Source of the DNA: Candidatus Uhrbacteria bacterium | GTDB taxonomy: Bacteria > Patescibacteriota > Patescibacteriia > UBA9934 > UBA10169 | NCBI GenBank assembly: GCA_016187485.1 | Contig: JACPJO010000005.1 | Coordinates: 71,499 to 135,498 of the forward strand | Direction: 5' to 3' | DNA: 64,000 nucleotides | In this document: in pieces, positions 55,071 through 64,000 of the stretch | Layout: the number at the start of each line of letters is the position of its first letter | Numbering within the stretch: position 1 is the first letter of the stretch | Made by a program: the position numbers and the translations under genes | Notes under the pieces: generated by a model | The model's database searches: none | What the model saw: the letters and a program-made list of their open reading frames with translations, nothing else | What the model was told of the DNA's origin: nothing

Positions 55071-55499
55071 ATGACTGCGAACACGTACCCTGACTGGAGG
55101 TCACCCACATCGGATCTGGCAAAGCTCGCTCTCATCAAGAGGGAGTGGGGCGCACAGATCGACAACACCTACCTCTGGTACGAGATCGGGCCCATCACTC
55201 GGCTCACCAACGAGGAGGTCGCCACCATCGTGAAGCAGTGCTTCGTTCACCACACCGTCGGCTTCGGCGACGTGGAGATCCACCCGTCCATGCTCATCCA
55301 GGGAGCAATGTTGCTGCGCCTGCGCGGCACCCTCTTCCTCCAGCCCGCCCTCACGATTCGCAACCGTTACTGCCCGCTCTACCAGGTGGGCCACGGGGGC
55401 GGATTCGTCACGACGGCGGACGACGATTGCGTCAACTTCCACCGCGTGTGGGAACTGGACGCGAAGGAGACCGAGGTGGGGCCCATCGTCCTGCACTGA
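55071..55499 (+). CDS. High-GC orphan protein of unknown function
   Basis: A 142-aa ORF with a good RBS in a patch of about 65% GC. A Gly/Arg-rich shadow ORF lies on the opposite strand. Confidence 0.55.
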   Translation: MTANTYPDWRSPTSDLAKLALIKREWGAQIDNTYLWYEIGPITRLTNEEVATIVKQCFVHHTVGFGDVEIHPSMLIQGAMLLRLRGTLFLQPALTIRNRYCPLYQVGHGGGFVTTADDDCVNFHRVWELDAKETEVGPIVLH

Positions 55500-55634
55500 C
55501 GAGGCCACGAGGCCAAGGGGTGTGGTGATGTGGTTCCCGATCATCGGGCTGACATCTCCCTCTGGGACAGCCGACAAGCTGTCCCAACCCCTTCTTTTGT
55601 ACACCAAATCATGTTGTTCAGAAGAAGTGGTGAA

Positions 55635-55671
55635 AACACAAACCCATCGCGTAATGCGATGGGTTTGTGTT
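55635..55671. terminator. Perfect 16-bp-stem hairpin AACACAAACCCATCGC-GTAAT-GCGATGGGTTTGTGTT between the convergent orphan gene and cysS
   Basis: Read from the sequence. A T-rich tract follows on the minus strand. Confidence 0.6.
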
Positions 55672-55689
55672 GCTTCCAAGATGGGGTAT

Positions 55690-57078
55690 TTAGTCCCCCT
55701 TTTGCACTTTTGTCCCTGTGGGAGTATCCACGACATCAAACCCGTGCGAGGCAATCTCCTCGCGCAGGCGGTCGGATTCTTTCCAGTCCTTTTGCGCCCG
55801 CGACGCATCTCGCGCCTGCACAAGTTGCTGAACCGCTTGGGAAATTTCCAATGGTTTGCCCAAAGTTTGCGAAAGATGAAGACCAAGCACCTCGTCGAAT
55901 TTCAACAGAGTCCGCGCCCGTGCCCTCGTCGGCATTGTTCCATCATCAACCAGCTTCCACAAAACTGAAAGGGCCTGCGGGGTATTAAGATCGTCATTGA
56001 GCGCCGCCATAAACTCCTCCTCATATCCTGCGCAACCGGCAACACCCGGCGCATCCCAGTCCCGCAATGTCTCGCGCAAACGCCGAAGCGTTGCATCCGC
56101 TGCCAAAAGCGACTCGAAAGTAAAATTCAGTTTATGCCGATAATGAGTGCCATGTGCAAGAAGACGGTAGGACGTCGGGTCGAATCCCTTCTTTGCAAGA
56201 TCATCCAGCGTATAGAGATTTCCAAGCGACTTCCCCATCCTCCCTCCGTCCACCGTAAGAAATTCGCTATGCATCCACACGCGTGCTTGCGGCACCCCAT
56301 AGGCCCCTTTTGTTTGCGCGATCTCGTTCTCGTGGTGGACAGGGATATGATCCACGCCACCGGTGTGAATATCGAATGTGTGTCCTAAATATTTGGTAGA
56401 CATGGCTGAACATTCAATGTGCCAGCCTGGAAACCCTACACCCCACGGAGATTCCCACTCCATTTGTCGCGTGGATCCTTTTGGAGAAAACTTCCACAAG
56501 GCGAAATCCGTTGCGTGGCGTTTTTGCGTGTTAATGGCGACTCGTGCGCCCTCTTCCTTCTCTTCGAGCGGCTGACCACTCAACTCCCCATAGCTTGGGA
56601 GCTTTGCTGTATCGAAATACACGCCATCGTCTATGCGATACGTATATCCGTTCTTCTCGAGTGTCTGGATCATCTCGATCTGTTCGGCGATATGATCTGT
56701 TGCCTTTACAAGTTTGGAAGGGGCTAAAATACCGAGCCGTTCCGTGTCGCGCAGAAATGCCTCCGTATAAAATGCGGCGACCTCCCACGCGGTCTTCCCT
56801 TCACGTTTTGCTCCCACCTCCAGCTTATCCTCTCCTTCATCGCCGTCGGAAACGAGGTGACCGACATCGGTGATATTCATCACGTGATCAACATCTAAAC
56901 CATTCGCCATGAGCACGCGTTTGAGAATATCAGCAAAAAGGTACGCGCGAAGATTGCCGATGTGCGCATACCAGTACACTGTAGGACCGCATGTATAGAG
57001 GCCGACATGGCCCTGGCGGATGGGTTCAAAGGGCTCTTTCTTGCGCGTAAGTGTGTTGAACAACGTAAGAGTACTCAT
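55690..57078 (-). CDS. cysS: Cysteinyl-tRNA synthetase
   Basis: The translation has [12 protein letters not shown] and KMGKSLGN. Confidence 0.9.
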   Translation of the reverse strand: MSTLTLFNTLTRKKEPFEPIRQGHVGLYTCGPTVYWYAHIGNLRAYLFADILKRVLMANGLDVDHVMNITDVGHLVSDGDEGEDKLEVGAKREGKTAWEVAAFYTEAFLRDTERLGILAPSKLVKATDHIAEQIEMIQTLEKNGYTYRIDDGVYFDTAKLPSYGELSGQPLEEKEEGARVAINTQKRHATDFALWKFSPKGSTRQMEWESPWGVGFPGWHIECSAMSTKYLGHTFDIHTGGVDHIPVHHENEIAQTKGAYGVPQARVWMHSEFLTVDGGRMGKSLGNLYTLDDLAKKGFDPTSYRLLAHGTHYRHKLNFTFESLLAADATLRRLRETLRDWDAPGVAGCAGYEEEFMAALNDDLNTPQALSVLWKLVDDGTMPTRARARTLLKFDEVLGLHLSQTLGKPLEISQAVQQLVQARDASRAQKDWKESDRLREEIASHGFDVVDTPTGTKVQKGD

Positions 57079-57135
57079 ACGTCGAGAATCATAGCATATC
57101 CCATGAAATAGTGGCCCTTACTAGGGAGCCGCCGA

Positions 57136-58200
57136 TTATTCGTTCAGGCCGAGATCTTCGAGCAGTCGTCTTTGGTCTTTTGTGAGTTTCTCTGGCGTCA
57201 CAACCCGCACGGTCACAAAGTGGTCGCCACGCACACTGCCTTGCGGAACTCCTTTGCCGCGTAGACGAAGCTCCATACCGCTTTGTGTTCCCGCGGGGAC
57301 ATGCATAAGCACAGTGCCGCCATCCACCGTCGGCACTTCCACTTCTGCGCCAAGAGCGGCTTGCGTAAATCCGAGACGCGTTTCGCTTCGAATATGTTCT
57401 CCGTCACGAGAAAAGCGGTGATCTGGTTTTACATGTATGCGTAGATAGAGATCGCCTGCCTTCGCTCCGCGCGGACCCGCCTCTCCTTCGCCGCGCACAC
57501 GGATGGTGTCGCTCTCATCTACACCGGCGGGGATTTTCACGCTCAACGTCTTACGCCCGCGGTCAAGCCCGCTCCCCCTGCACATGCCGCACGTCCGTTC
57601 CGGCGCCTGTCCCTCCCCCTGGCATGCGGCGCACGTTCTTTGCGTGCGAATGTTCCCAAGAATAGTGCGCTCAATATGCGAGACGATTCCTTCCCCCTTA
57701 CACTCCGAACAAGTCTTCATCTTTGATCCTGGCTCTGCGCCCGTTCCCCCGCACCGTTCGCAGGAAATAGTTTTCGTCAATGCAACATCTCTCTCTACCC
57801 CAAAGATGGCTTCGCGAAACTCAAGCGTTACATCCGCTTGAATATCCGCTCCGCGCGGCGCCTGCCCCCTTCGCCCTCCCCCCATGCCAAAGGCGTCCCC
57901 AAAAATATCTCCTAAATCAAAGGAGAAATCTCCAAAGCCTCCCCTGCCGCCAAACCCGTGCGCCCCGCCGAATCCACCGCTGTTTTGTTCAAAGGCAGCA
58001 CTTCCAAATTGATCATACTTTCGACGCTTCTCCGGATTACTAAGTACTTGATACGCCTCGTTGATTTCTTTGAACTTTGCTTCGTCTCCTGTTTTTTTAT
58101 CGGGGTGATGCGCATGCGCCAAACGACGGAAGGCTTTTTTAATATCCTCCGCCGATGCGCTCCGCTCGACGCCAAGTACGTTGTAGTAATCTTTTGGCAT
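57136..58200 (-). CDS. dnaJ: Chaperone DnaJ
   Basis: The start is set at [11 protein letters not shown]. The product has a J-domain with HPD, a G/F region and four CxxCxGxG zinc motifs. Confidence 0.9.
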   Translation of the reverse strand: MPKDYYNVLGVERSASAEDIKKAFRRLAHAHHPDKKTGDEAKFKEINEAYQVLSNPEKRRKYDQFGSAAFEQNSGGFGGAHGFGGRGGFGDFSFDLGDIFGDAFGMGGGRRGQAPRGADIQADVTLEFREAIFGVERDVALTKTISCERCGGTGAEPGSKMKTCSECKGEGIVSHIERTILGNIRTQRTCAACQGEGQAPERTCGMCRGSGLDRGRKTLSVKIPAGVDESDTIRVRGEGEAGPRGAKAGDLYLRIHVKPDHRFSRDGEHIRSETRLGFTQAALGAEVEVPTVDGGTVLMHVPAGTQSGMELRLRGKGVPQGSVRGDHFVTVRVVTPEKLTKDQRRLLEDLGLNE

Positions 58201-58243
58201 GTATCCAAGAAGTGCCGTCATGGGCGCAGGGTCCCTCGGTGAT

Positions 58244-58462
58244 CTAGTGTCCGCTGTGATGTCCACCAAATACCATTGTCGACACGAAAAACAGTAAGAG
58301 GAAAAACGCGCCGATCACTATCCACGAAATAAGGTGTGTTTCCGCTACGAATTCTAGCATCTGTACGGTATTGCCGCAGGTATCCGGCGGAGGGTACGTA
58401 AACGTACGCGCACAACCAGATGCTATCTCCGCTCTCGCAAGGAGCGCCATCTCGATAGACAT
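58244..58462 (-). CDS. Possible small membrane protein between dnaK and dnaJ
   Basis: A 72-aa ORF with one TM helix. It occupies an otherwise unexplained 266-nt gap inside the operon. The call is speculative. Confidence 0.25.
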   Translation of the reverse strand: MSIEMALLARAEIASGCARTFTYPPPDTCGNTVQMLEFVAETHLISWIVIGAFFLLLFFVSTMVFGGHHSGH

Positions 58463-58466
58463 AACC

Positions 58467-60353
58467 TTACTCCTCTTTTTTCTCTTTGAATTCTGCGTCC
58501 TTCACATTGTCCGCTTCCCCTGTCTCCCCGCTTTTCGCCTCTTCTCCCTTTGGCACATTTTCATAGAGCTTTGCGCCGACGGCCTGGGATTGCGTTGCGA
58601 GTTCATCGGCCGCTTTGCGAATCGCCGGCGCATCATCTCCCTCTTTTGCTTTTTTCACCGCCTCGATCTTTTCTTCCAACTCTTTTTTCTGTTCTGCCGT
58701 AACTCTGTCCCCAGCGTCCTTCAGCATCTTTTCTACCGTATAGATCATCGTGTCCGCAAGATTCCGCACCTCCACAAGTTCCTTGCGTTTGTGATCATCC
58801 GCCGCATGCGCCTCGGCATCACGCTTCATACGCTCCACTTCCTCTTTGCTCAACCCCGTCGATGCCTGAATGGTAATCTCTTGGCTTTTCCCTGTCGCTT
58901 TATCCTTCGCGGAAACTTTCAGAATGCCGTTTGCGTCAATATCAAACGACACCTCCACCTGCGGCACACCGCGGGGAGCCGTCGGGATCCCCGACAAAAT
59001 GAACCGTCCCAGGCTTTTATTCCCCTCCGCCATCTCTCGCTCCCCCTGCAGCACATGAATCTCCACCGACGTCTGATTATCAGCGGCTGTTGAGAACACT
59101 TGTGACTTGGATGTAGGAATTGTTGTGTTGCGCTCGATCAACTTGGTCATGACGCCCCCAAGCGTTTCGATGCCAAACGAGAGAGGGGTCACATCAAGCA
59201 GAAGGACATCCTTCACTTCGCCCTGCAGAACTCCCGCTTGCACCGCTGCGCCAAGCGCCACGACCTCGTCCGGATTTACACTGATGTTGGGTTTCTTCCC
59301 GAAGAATTCTTCTACAAGCTTCAAGACAAGCGGCATACGCGTCATCCCCCCCACCATAATCACTTCCTCAATGTCGCCCGTGCCCATCTTCGCATCCTCG
59401 AGCGCCTTCTTGACCGGCCCAAGTGTGTTTTCCGCCAAGTCTCGCACAAGCTCTTCAAGTTTCGCGCGCGTGAGTTTTAACACAAGGTGCTTGGGACCAT
59501 CCGCACCCGACGTAATAAACGGCTGGTTGATTTCGGTCTCTTGCGTCGTGGAAAGTTCAATTTTCGCACGCTCGGCCGCATCCTTGATGCGTTGAAGCGC
59601 AAGGGGGTCACGGCCCAAATCCACTCCTTCCTGCGATTGAAACTCTTTAATAATCCAATCAATCACGCGGCGATCAAAATCGTCACCGCCTAAATGCGTG
59701 TCGCCGTTTGTCGACTTCACTTCCACGGTGTCCTCGGAAACCTCCAGAACCGATACATCGAACGTTCCGCCACCGAGATCATACACACACACTTTCTGTC
59801 CCTTCTTCTTGTCGAACCCATACGCAAGAGCGGCGGCCGTGGGCTCGTTGATGATGCGCAACACTTTGAGCCCCGCGATTTCGCCCGCAACTTTTGTCGC
59901 TTGGCGCTGGGCGTCGTCAAAATACGCCGGTACCGTAATCACCGCCTCGGAAACCTTTTCTCCTAGCCGTTCCTCGGCATCTGCTTTCAACTTCCCAAGC
60001 ACCATCGCAGAAATTTCTTCGGGAGTGTATTCCTTTCCTTCCATCTTTACCGCGACCCCTTCCCCGCGTTCCAAAATTTCATAGGGCATGATCTTTTTAT
60101 CATGCACAACCTCTGTATCATCATGCCGGCGTCCCATGAGGCGTTTGATAGAGTACAAAGTATTTTTCGGATTCGTTACCGCCTGGCGTTTTGCAGAAAT
60201 ACCGACAATTCGTTCGCCGCTTTTCGCAATAGCGATAATCGAGGGCGTCGTGCGATGACCTTCTTTGTTTTCTAAGATCTTCGGCTGGCCACCTTCCATG
60301 ATAGCCATGGCCGAATTTGTTGTCCCAAGATCGATGCCGAGAATTTTTGCCAT
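58467..60353 (-). CDS. dnaK: Chaperone DnaK (Hsp70)
   Basis: The start is set at [14 protein letters not shown]. The Hsp70 signature motifs are present. Confidence 0.95.
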   Translation of the reverse strand: MAKILGIDLGTTNSAMAIMEGGQPKILENKEGHRTTPSIIAIAKSGERIVGISAKRQAVTNPKNTLYSIKRLMGRRHDDTEVVHDKKIMPYEILERGEGVAVKMEGKEYTPEEISAMVLGKLKADAEERLGEKVSEAVITVPAYFDDAQRQATKVAGEIAGLKVLRIINEPTAAALAYGFDKKKGQKVCVYDLGGGTFDVSVLEVSEDTVEVKSTNGDTHLGGDDFDRRVIDWIIKEFQSQEGVDLGRDPLALQRIKDAAERAKIELSTTQETEINQPFITSGADGPKHLVLKLTRAKLEELVRDLAENTLGPVKKALEDAKMGTGDIEEVIMVGGMTRMPLVLKLVEEFFGKKPNISVNPDEVVALGAAVQAGVLQGEVKDVLLLDVTPLSFGIETLGGVMTKLIERNTTIPTSKSQVFSTAADNQTSVEIHVLQGEREMAEGNKSLGRFILSGIPTAPRGVPQVEVSFDIDANGILKVSAKDKATGKSQEITIQASTGLSKEEVERMKRDAEAHAADDHKRKELVEVRNLADTMIYTVEKMLKDAGDRVTAEQKKELEEKIEAVKKAKEGDDAPAIRKAADELATQSQAVGAKLYENVPKGEEAKSGETGEADNVKDAEFKEKKEE

Positions 60354-60358
60354 AAAAT

Positions 60359-60832
60359 TTATGTAAGAGTTACTTTTGCCGGTCGAAGAACTTTTCCGTT
60401 CAACTTCCACCCGCGTGACTGAAGGTTTGCGACAGATCCCCCTTCGCCGTCCACGGGTTCGTGAACCTCCGGATTAAAGGGGTCGCCCGGCGCGGGGGCG
60501 ATGCTTTCAAGTCCCCAGCGTTTGATGGCCTCTTCGAACGCTGTGTGGATGTGGACGAGACCGTCCTTCCATGCTCGAAGTTTTTTCTGGACATCTTCGG
60601 CACAAGAATCAAACGGTGGCGTGTGCGCAAGAGCCTGATCGAAATGGTCTAAGACGCGCAAGAGGTCGTGTGTTAGTTCTTCAAGCAGGAAAACGCGTGC
60701 TTCCTCACGCTCCCGCTTCAAATCTTTTTTCAGATTATCGTAATCGGCAAGAGCGCGTTTCCACCCCGCAAGATACTCCTCTGCCATCTTCTCGGGGGAA
60801 AGGGATTCGTTTGGTAAAGGATTATCGTTCAT
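60359..60832 (-). CDS. grpE: Nucleotide exchange factor GrpE (short)
   Basis: A 157-aa product with the GrpE coiled-coil and a C-terminal beta domain. Confidence 0.85.
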   Translation of the reverse strand: MNDNPLPNESLSPEKMAEEYLAGWKRALADYDNLKKDLKREREEARVFLLEELTHDLLRVLDHFDQALAHTPPFDSCAEDVQKKLRAWKDGLVHIHTAFEEAIKRWGLESIAPAPGDPFNPEVHEPVDGEGGSVANLQSRGWKLNGKVLRPAKVTLT

Positions 60833-61535
60833 AAGAAGGAGATGGCTGATTCAGGAGTTCGTGGGCCAGCTGGACGAGCCCAACGTTACGGTTGTAGTCC
60901 ATGCGCATGGGGCCGATGAGTCCGATAATACCTGACATCTGGGGACTCGCGCGGTAACGGATAAAGACAGAGGAAAACGAGGAGCCAAAAGGATTCTTTG
61001 TGCCAATCAAAACGATCGGCTCGTCCGTGATGGTCCCGAAAAGCGCATGAAGAATTCCCTCCATCTCATCGAATACGCGCGCAAGTTCTGCAAGTATCTG
61101 CGCGTCAGAAAAATCTGGTTTACCAAACAAGTTCGCCATGCCGGCATAATAGCTTCCCCCCTGTTCCGTCGCCATAACTGCCGTCTCTCCGGAAAGGTCG
61201 CCGAGCGTACGTGCCACGCGTCGGAGAGTATTCTCTGTGCTGCTTGACTCCGCCATCACCGACTCCAAACGGCGCCGCGCAGAAGCAACCGGAGCCAGAT
61301 GAAGAAAGTTCGCCAAATAATAGCGGTACCCCAACTCTGTGGGAACACGCCCTGCAGATGTGTGCGGTTGCGTGAGGTAGCCGGCTTCTTCAAGTACACA
61401 CATGTCATTGCGAACCGTCGCGGGAGAAACGTCGAGATCAAACTGCGACACAATATGAAGAGAGGCCACGGGCTCTGCCGAGCGGATATACTCTTCAACC
61501 ACCAGCTTCAAAATGGTTTCTTGCCGTGAAATCAT
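60822..61535 (-). CDS. hrcA: Heat-inducible transcription repressor HrcA
   Basis: The translation begins MISRQETILKLVVEEYIRSAEPVAS, which is a winged-helix region. Confidence 0.85.
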   Translation of the reverse strand: MISRQETILKLVVEEYIRSAEPVASLHIVSQFDLDVSPATVRNDMCVLEEAGYLTQPHTSAGRVPTELGYRYYLANFLHLAPVASARRRLESVMAESSSTENTLRRVARTLGDLSGETAVMATEQGGSYYAGMANLFGKPDFSDAQILAELARVFDEMEGILHALFGTITDEPIVLIGTKNPFGSSFSSVFIRYRASPQMSGIIGLIGPMRMDYNRNVGLVQLAHELLNQPSPSYER

Positions 61536-61538
61536 AAT

Positions 61539-61565
61539 TTAGCACTCATATATTACGAGTGCTAA
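61539..61565 (-). promoter_or_regulatory. CIRCE operator (TTAGCACTC-N9-GAGTGCTAA) of the hrcA-grpE-dnaK-dnaJ operon
   Basis: A perfect inverted repeat 4 nt upstream of the hrcA start codon. Confidence 0.9.
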
Positions 61566-61578
61566 GCCTCCCTGTCAA
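61550..61578 (-). promoter_or_regulatory. Sigma-70 promoter of the hrcA operon (-35 TTGACA, 17-nt spacer, -10 TAATAT) overlapping CIRCE
   Basis: Read on the minus strand: gcTTGACAgggaggcttagcactcgTAATATat. Confidence 0.6.
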
Positions 61579-62291
61579 GCAGGCCGGCGGTTCTCAAAAT
61601 CTCTCTTTGCTCGCACATGATCAATAAGCGCGGCGGAGTCCGCTCCGTGGGGTCCGGGAATCAACTCTTCCGCAAGTTTCAAGGCTTCGCGCCGGGCAAT
61701 CTCCTCACGTTCCCCCCCAAATGTATCCCACCCTCTTTCCGCTTCCTGCCATTTAGCATAGGCATTCCGCCCATCGGGAGTCTCCCATGTAGAAGCATCC
61801 GCCGCATGCACATCACGTTGTTTTAACGATTCCCCACGGTCTACAGCCGCTTGATTGTAAAGCACATAGGTTCGGCGCGGCGCGTCAAAGCGCAGCACCT
61901 TCCAGTCCTTCAGGTTCCAGCTCCCCGCCGCTTTGTCCCACACAGGGACTTCTTCTCCGACGCGGCGCTCCCGAAGCGGGGATACGGCTTTCGTCAACGC
62001 GTATTCTTTTTCTGCCAACTTCATTTCTTTAAAACGCAAGACCTCTGTAGCTCGTTCCTTTGTATCCATGCCATGAAGAGTCGGATTGCGCACGGCGATA
62101 CGCGCCTGGCGCACTTCCGCCTGGAGGGCGTCTCTTTCCTTGCGGAGTTTTGCCACTTCGTCATCTACTTCTTCAAAAACAAGCCCTTCGTCTTCGGCTT
62201 TCGGTTCCTCGACTTCCTCAAAAATCGGTTCGTCTTCCGGTTTTGATTTCGGTTGTTCTTTGCGCGCAAAAAGCCGTTCCAAAAATCTCAT
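61575..62291 (-). CDS. Acidic coiled-coil protein of unknown function
   Basis: A 238-aa ORF. Confidence 0.5.
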   Translation of the reverse strand: MRFLERLFARKEQPKSKPEDEPIFEEVEEPKAEDEGLVFEEVDDEVAKLRKERDALQAEVRQARIAVRNPTLHGMDTKERATEVLRFKEMKLAEKEYALTKAVSPLRERRVGEEVPVWDKAAGSWNLKDWKVLRFDAPRRTYVLYNQAAVDRGESLKQRDVHAADASTWETPDGRNAYAKWQEAERGWDTFGGEREEIARREALKLAEELIPGPHGADSAALIDHVRAKRDFENRRPA

Positions 62292-62321
62292 ATGCGGACA
62301 GTATAATCTAAAAAATCGAAA

Positions 62322-62341
62322 CCGGGGAGAGATGTCCCCGG
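62322..62341 (-). terminator. Hairpin CCGGGGA-GAGATG-TCCCCGG, followed on the minus strand by TTTCGATTTTTT
   Basis: Read from the sequence, 3' of the 62360..62842 gene. Confidence 0.55.
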
Positions 62342-62359
62342 TATTGCGCCAGAATCGCT

Positions 62360-62842
62360 CTAGCGCAGAGAAGAAAGGGCCACGGGCCGCGAAAGGTGCG
62401 CATGCGGCTCCGGCGCTTGCAAGCGCAGCATCCCTGTGGGGACGCGCGGATGGTGGAAGGCCCGCGCGAATGGCGGGTCACCGACCTGCATCCGCATGAA
62501 CACGCTCGTGGTGATGGCGACGACATCAGGCAGCTCGATCTCTGCGTGCGTGCCCATGGCAACATCTGTCCCCCCGGTAGTGCCGAGAAGGAATCTCACA
62601 TGGCGCTCGAGCGCCACGACCTCTCTAGCCGTCGCGCTCTTGGCGAGCCGCACACGGACGAGATTTCCCATCCGTGTCTGCACAATCGAGAGCACGCGCA
62701 CTCCGGTCAGAAACCGGTAGTCACGCACATCGGCTGTGCCGGCCACGATGACGCGGCGAGGTTGCCCTCGCCGGCTCGGGTGATCTTCACCCGGTTGTCT
62801 GTCCGTCGTGAAAAGTTCGTAGACCTTCGCCTGATGGTCCAT
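62360..62842 (-). CDS. High-GC protein of unknown function
   Basis: ORF 62360..62902, trimmed to MDHQAKVYELF. The patch is about 65% GC. Confidence 0.45.
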   Translation of the reverse strand: MDHQAKVYELFTTDRQPGEDHPSRRGQPRRVIVAGTADVRDYRFLTGVRVLSIVQTRMGNLVRVRLAKSATAREVVALERHVRFLLGTTGGTDVAMGTHAEIELPDVVAITTSVFMRMQVGDPPFARAFHHPRVPTGMLRLQAPEPHAHLSRPVALSSLR

Positions 62843-62876
62843 CGCAGCCTCCCAAGGGGAAATGCGAGGGGTGAGC

Positions 62877-64000
62877 TTAAACGAGGGTCGGCTTGCTGTC
62901 AACCCCTCCTTTCGCGGGGGGAGGGATCAAGCGTCGCCAGTGTGCCGTGGAAAGCTTTGCCCGTGAAAGAAGCTCGGCAAATTTTTGCCCGCCTAAGACC
63001 GTGGGAACGATGACGTAGTCCGCTCCTGCGGCGTAGGCAACCTCCGCTTGGGCGGGATACTTCACCGTGACAATAACATTTCCTTTAAATTTTCGTGCGG
63101 CGAGATACTCAAGAATCGTTGTCGTATCCCCCATGTCCTGCACCGTCGAAATAATCAGACGCGCCTTATGCGCCCGAATGTCCTCTAGTAAATCCTCGTC
63201 GCCCACATCACCATAGAGAGCGTGAATCCCGCGCTCCCGCAAGCGCTCCACCGCTTCTGGGTGGAAATCCACAACCGTGAAGGATTTTTTGAGTGCCTGC
63301 ACGGCGGGGAGAATCGTCTCCCCTGTCCGGTGGCATCCAAAGAGAAAAATCTCCGGTGTGTTTTGCGCTACTTCATGCCGGAGTTTGGCGTGCGGCTCAA
63401 GGAATCGCGTAGCCGGGCGAACAAAACGGTAGAGAAGATCGCTATATTTTATGAGATAACTCGAAATGGTAATCGTCAGAAACCCAACGGCAGCGGTAAG
63501 AGAGAGAAGAGACGACTCCACAAGACCCTGTGCCGCCGCAAGACCAACAAGAATGAAAGAGAATTCACTCACCTGCGCGAGTGTGGACCCTGTAAGCCAT
63601 CCGGTGCGCGGGTGGAAACCAAGTATGCGCGTAAGAAGAAGGACCACGACAGGGTTAAGAATCAAAACAAGAAGAGAAAAAGCGAGGATGTAAGGGAGGA
63701 TGCCAGGCATGGCACTAAGGTCGAGGTTTGTGCCAAGAACAATGAAGAAAATGATGAGAAAGAAGTCACGGAGATTGCGCACGCGCGCAAGAATTTCCCT
63801 TTGGAAAGCGGTACCAGAGAGTGCGATACCGGCAAGAAGCGCGCCAATCCCCATACTAAAACCCGCGAGCTGAAGCGCGCTTGCAGCGGCGAAACACCAC
63901 CCAATAGCAAACAGGAGAAGAAGTTCCTGCGACCGCGCGGCGTATCGCACAATGGGCGGCAAGAGCCAAACACCAAAGGCAGCGAGAACCACTACGGCAA
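62877..64000 (-). CDS. Kef-type cation/proton antiporter with a C-terminal TrkA-N (RCK) domain, N-terminus beyond the window
   Basis: The product has multiple TM helices, then a Rossmann motif (IFLFGCHRTGE) and an RCK fold. The ORF is open to the window end. Confidence 0.75.
   Translation of the reverse strand, partial: AVVVLAAFGVWLLPPIVRYAARSQELLLLFAIGWCFAAASALQLAGFSMGIGALLAGIALSGTAFQREILARVRNLRDFFLIIFFIVLGTNLDLSAMPGILPYILAFSLLVLILNPVVVLLLTRILGFHPRTGWLTGSTLAQVSEFSFILVGLAAAQGLVESSLLSLTAAVGFLTITISSYLIKYSDLLYRFVRPATRFLEPHAKLRHEVAQNTPEIFLFGCHRTGETILPAVQALKKSFTVVDFHPEAVERLRERGIHALYGDVGDEDLLEDIRAHKARLIISTVQDMGDTTTILEYLAARKFKGNVIVTVKYPAQAEVAYAAGADYVIVPTVLGGQKFAELLSRAKLSTAHWRRLIPPPAKGGVDSKPTLV

Noticed and set aside
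55101-55886. 261-aa minus-strand ORF
   Set aside because: It runs antisense through the high-GC orphan gene and extends into cysS with a Gly/Arg-rich composition, so it is spurious.

Overview
This 64-kb bacterial window is gene-dense with heterogeneous GC content. Most of it sits around 55% GC and carries housekeeping genes, many with 1-4 nt start/stop overlaps. I recognise:
- alr (C-terminal part), an ftsQ-like gene, an M23 peptidase, gltX and clpB.
- def-fmt and a ribosomal/RNAP operon (infA-rpmJ-rpsM-rpsK-rpsD-rpoA-rplQ-rplM-rpsI).
- alaS, murJ, corA, era, a short pyruvate kinase, a beta-CASP RNase, a VKOR plus thioredoxin-like pair and dus.
- ribF-like RFK, ribE, ribH, dnaX, cysS and a CIRCE-controlled hrcA-grpE-dnaK-dnaJ operon.
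- a polysaccharide locus (wzx, GT4, two GT2, O-antigen-ligase-like) immediately downstream of the ribosomal block.
- three tRNAs (tandem Pro-CGG/Pro-GGG, and Gln-CUG).

Several core proteins are unusually short or degenerate. RpoA lacks the alpha-CTD and AlaRS lacks the C-Ala domain. Pyruvate kinase has no C-terminal domain, and the PriA homolog has no Walker A or DExH motifs. This pattern fits a reduced-genome (possibly CPR/Patescibacteria-like) bacterium, but that is an inference, not something I can confirm.

Interspersed are compositionally foreign patches:
- a ~65% GC island (8.2-13.1 kb) holds a xanthine-dehydrogenase/CoxSML-family molybdo-flavo-iron-sulfur enzyme and a secreted protein flanked by a duplicated ~45-nt hairpin repeat.
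- a high-GC Ser/Thr kinase with a PEGA domain sits at 48.1-49.8 kb.
- a high-GC orphan gene at 55.1 kb has its own promoter.
- a ~42% GC orphan gene lies next to the tRNA-Pro pair at 14.8-15.9 kb.

A VirD4/TraG-like coupling-protein gene is split at a G6 homopolymer and lacks a P-loop, with uncharacterised neighbours (51.4-54.9 kb). It looks like a decayed conjugative or DNA-transfer module.

I found no rRNA, no CRISPR array and no intact transposase. All calls rest on reading the sequence and the ORF translations by eye. No database search was run.
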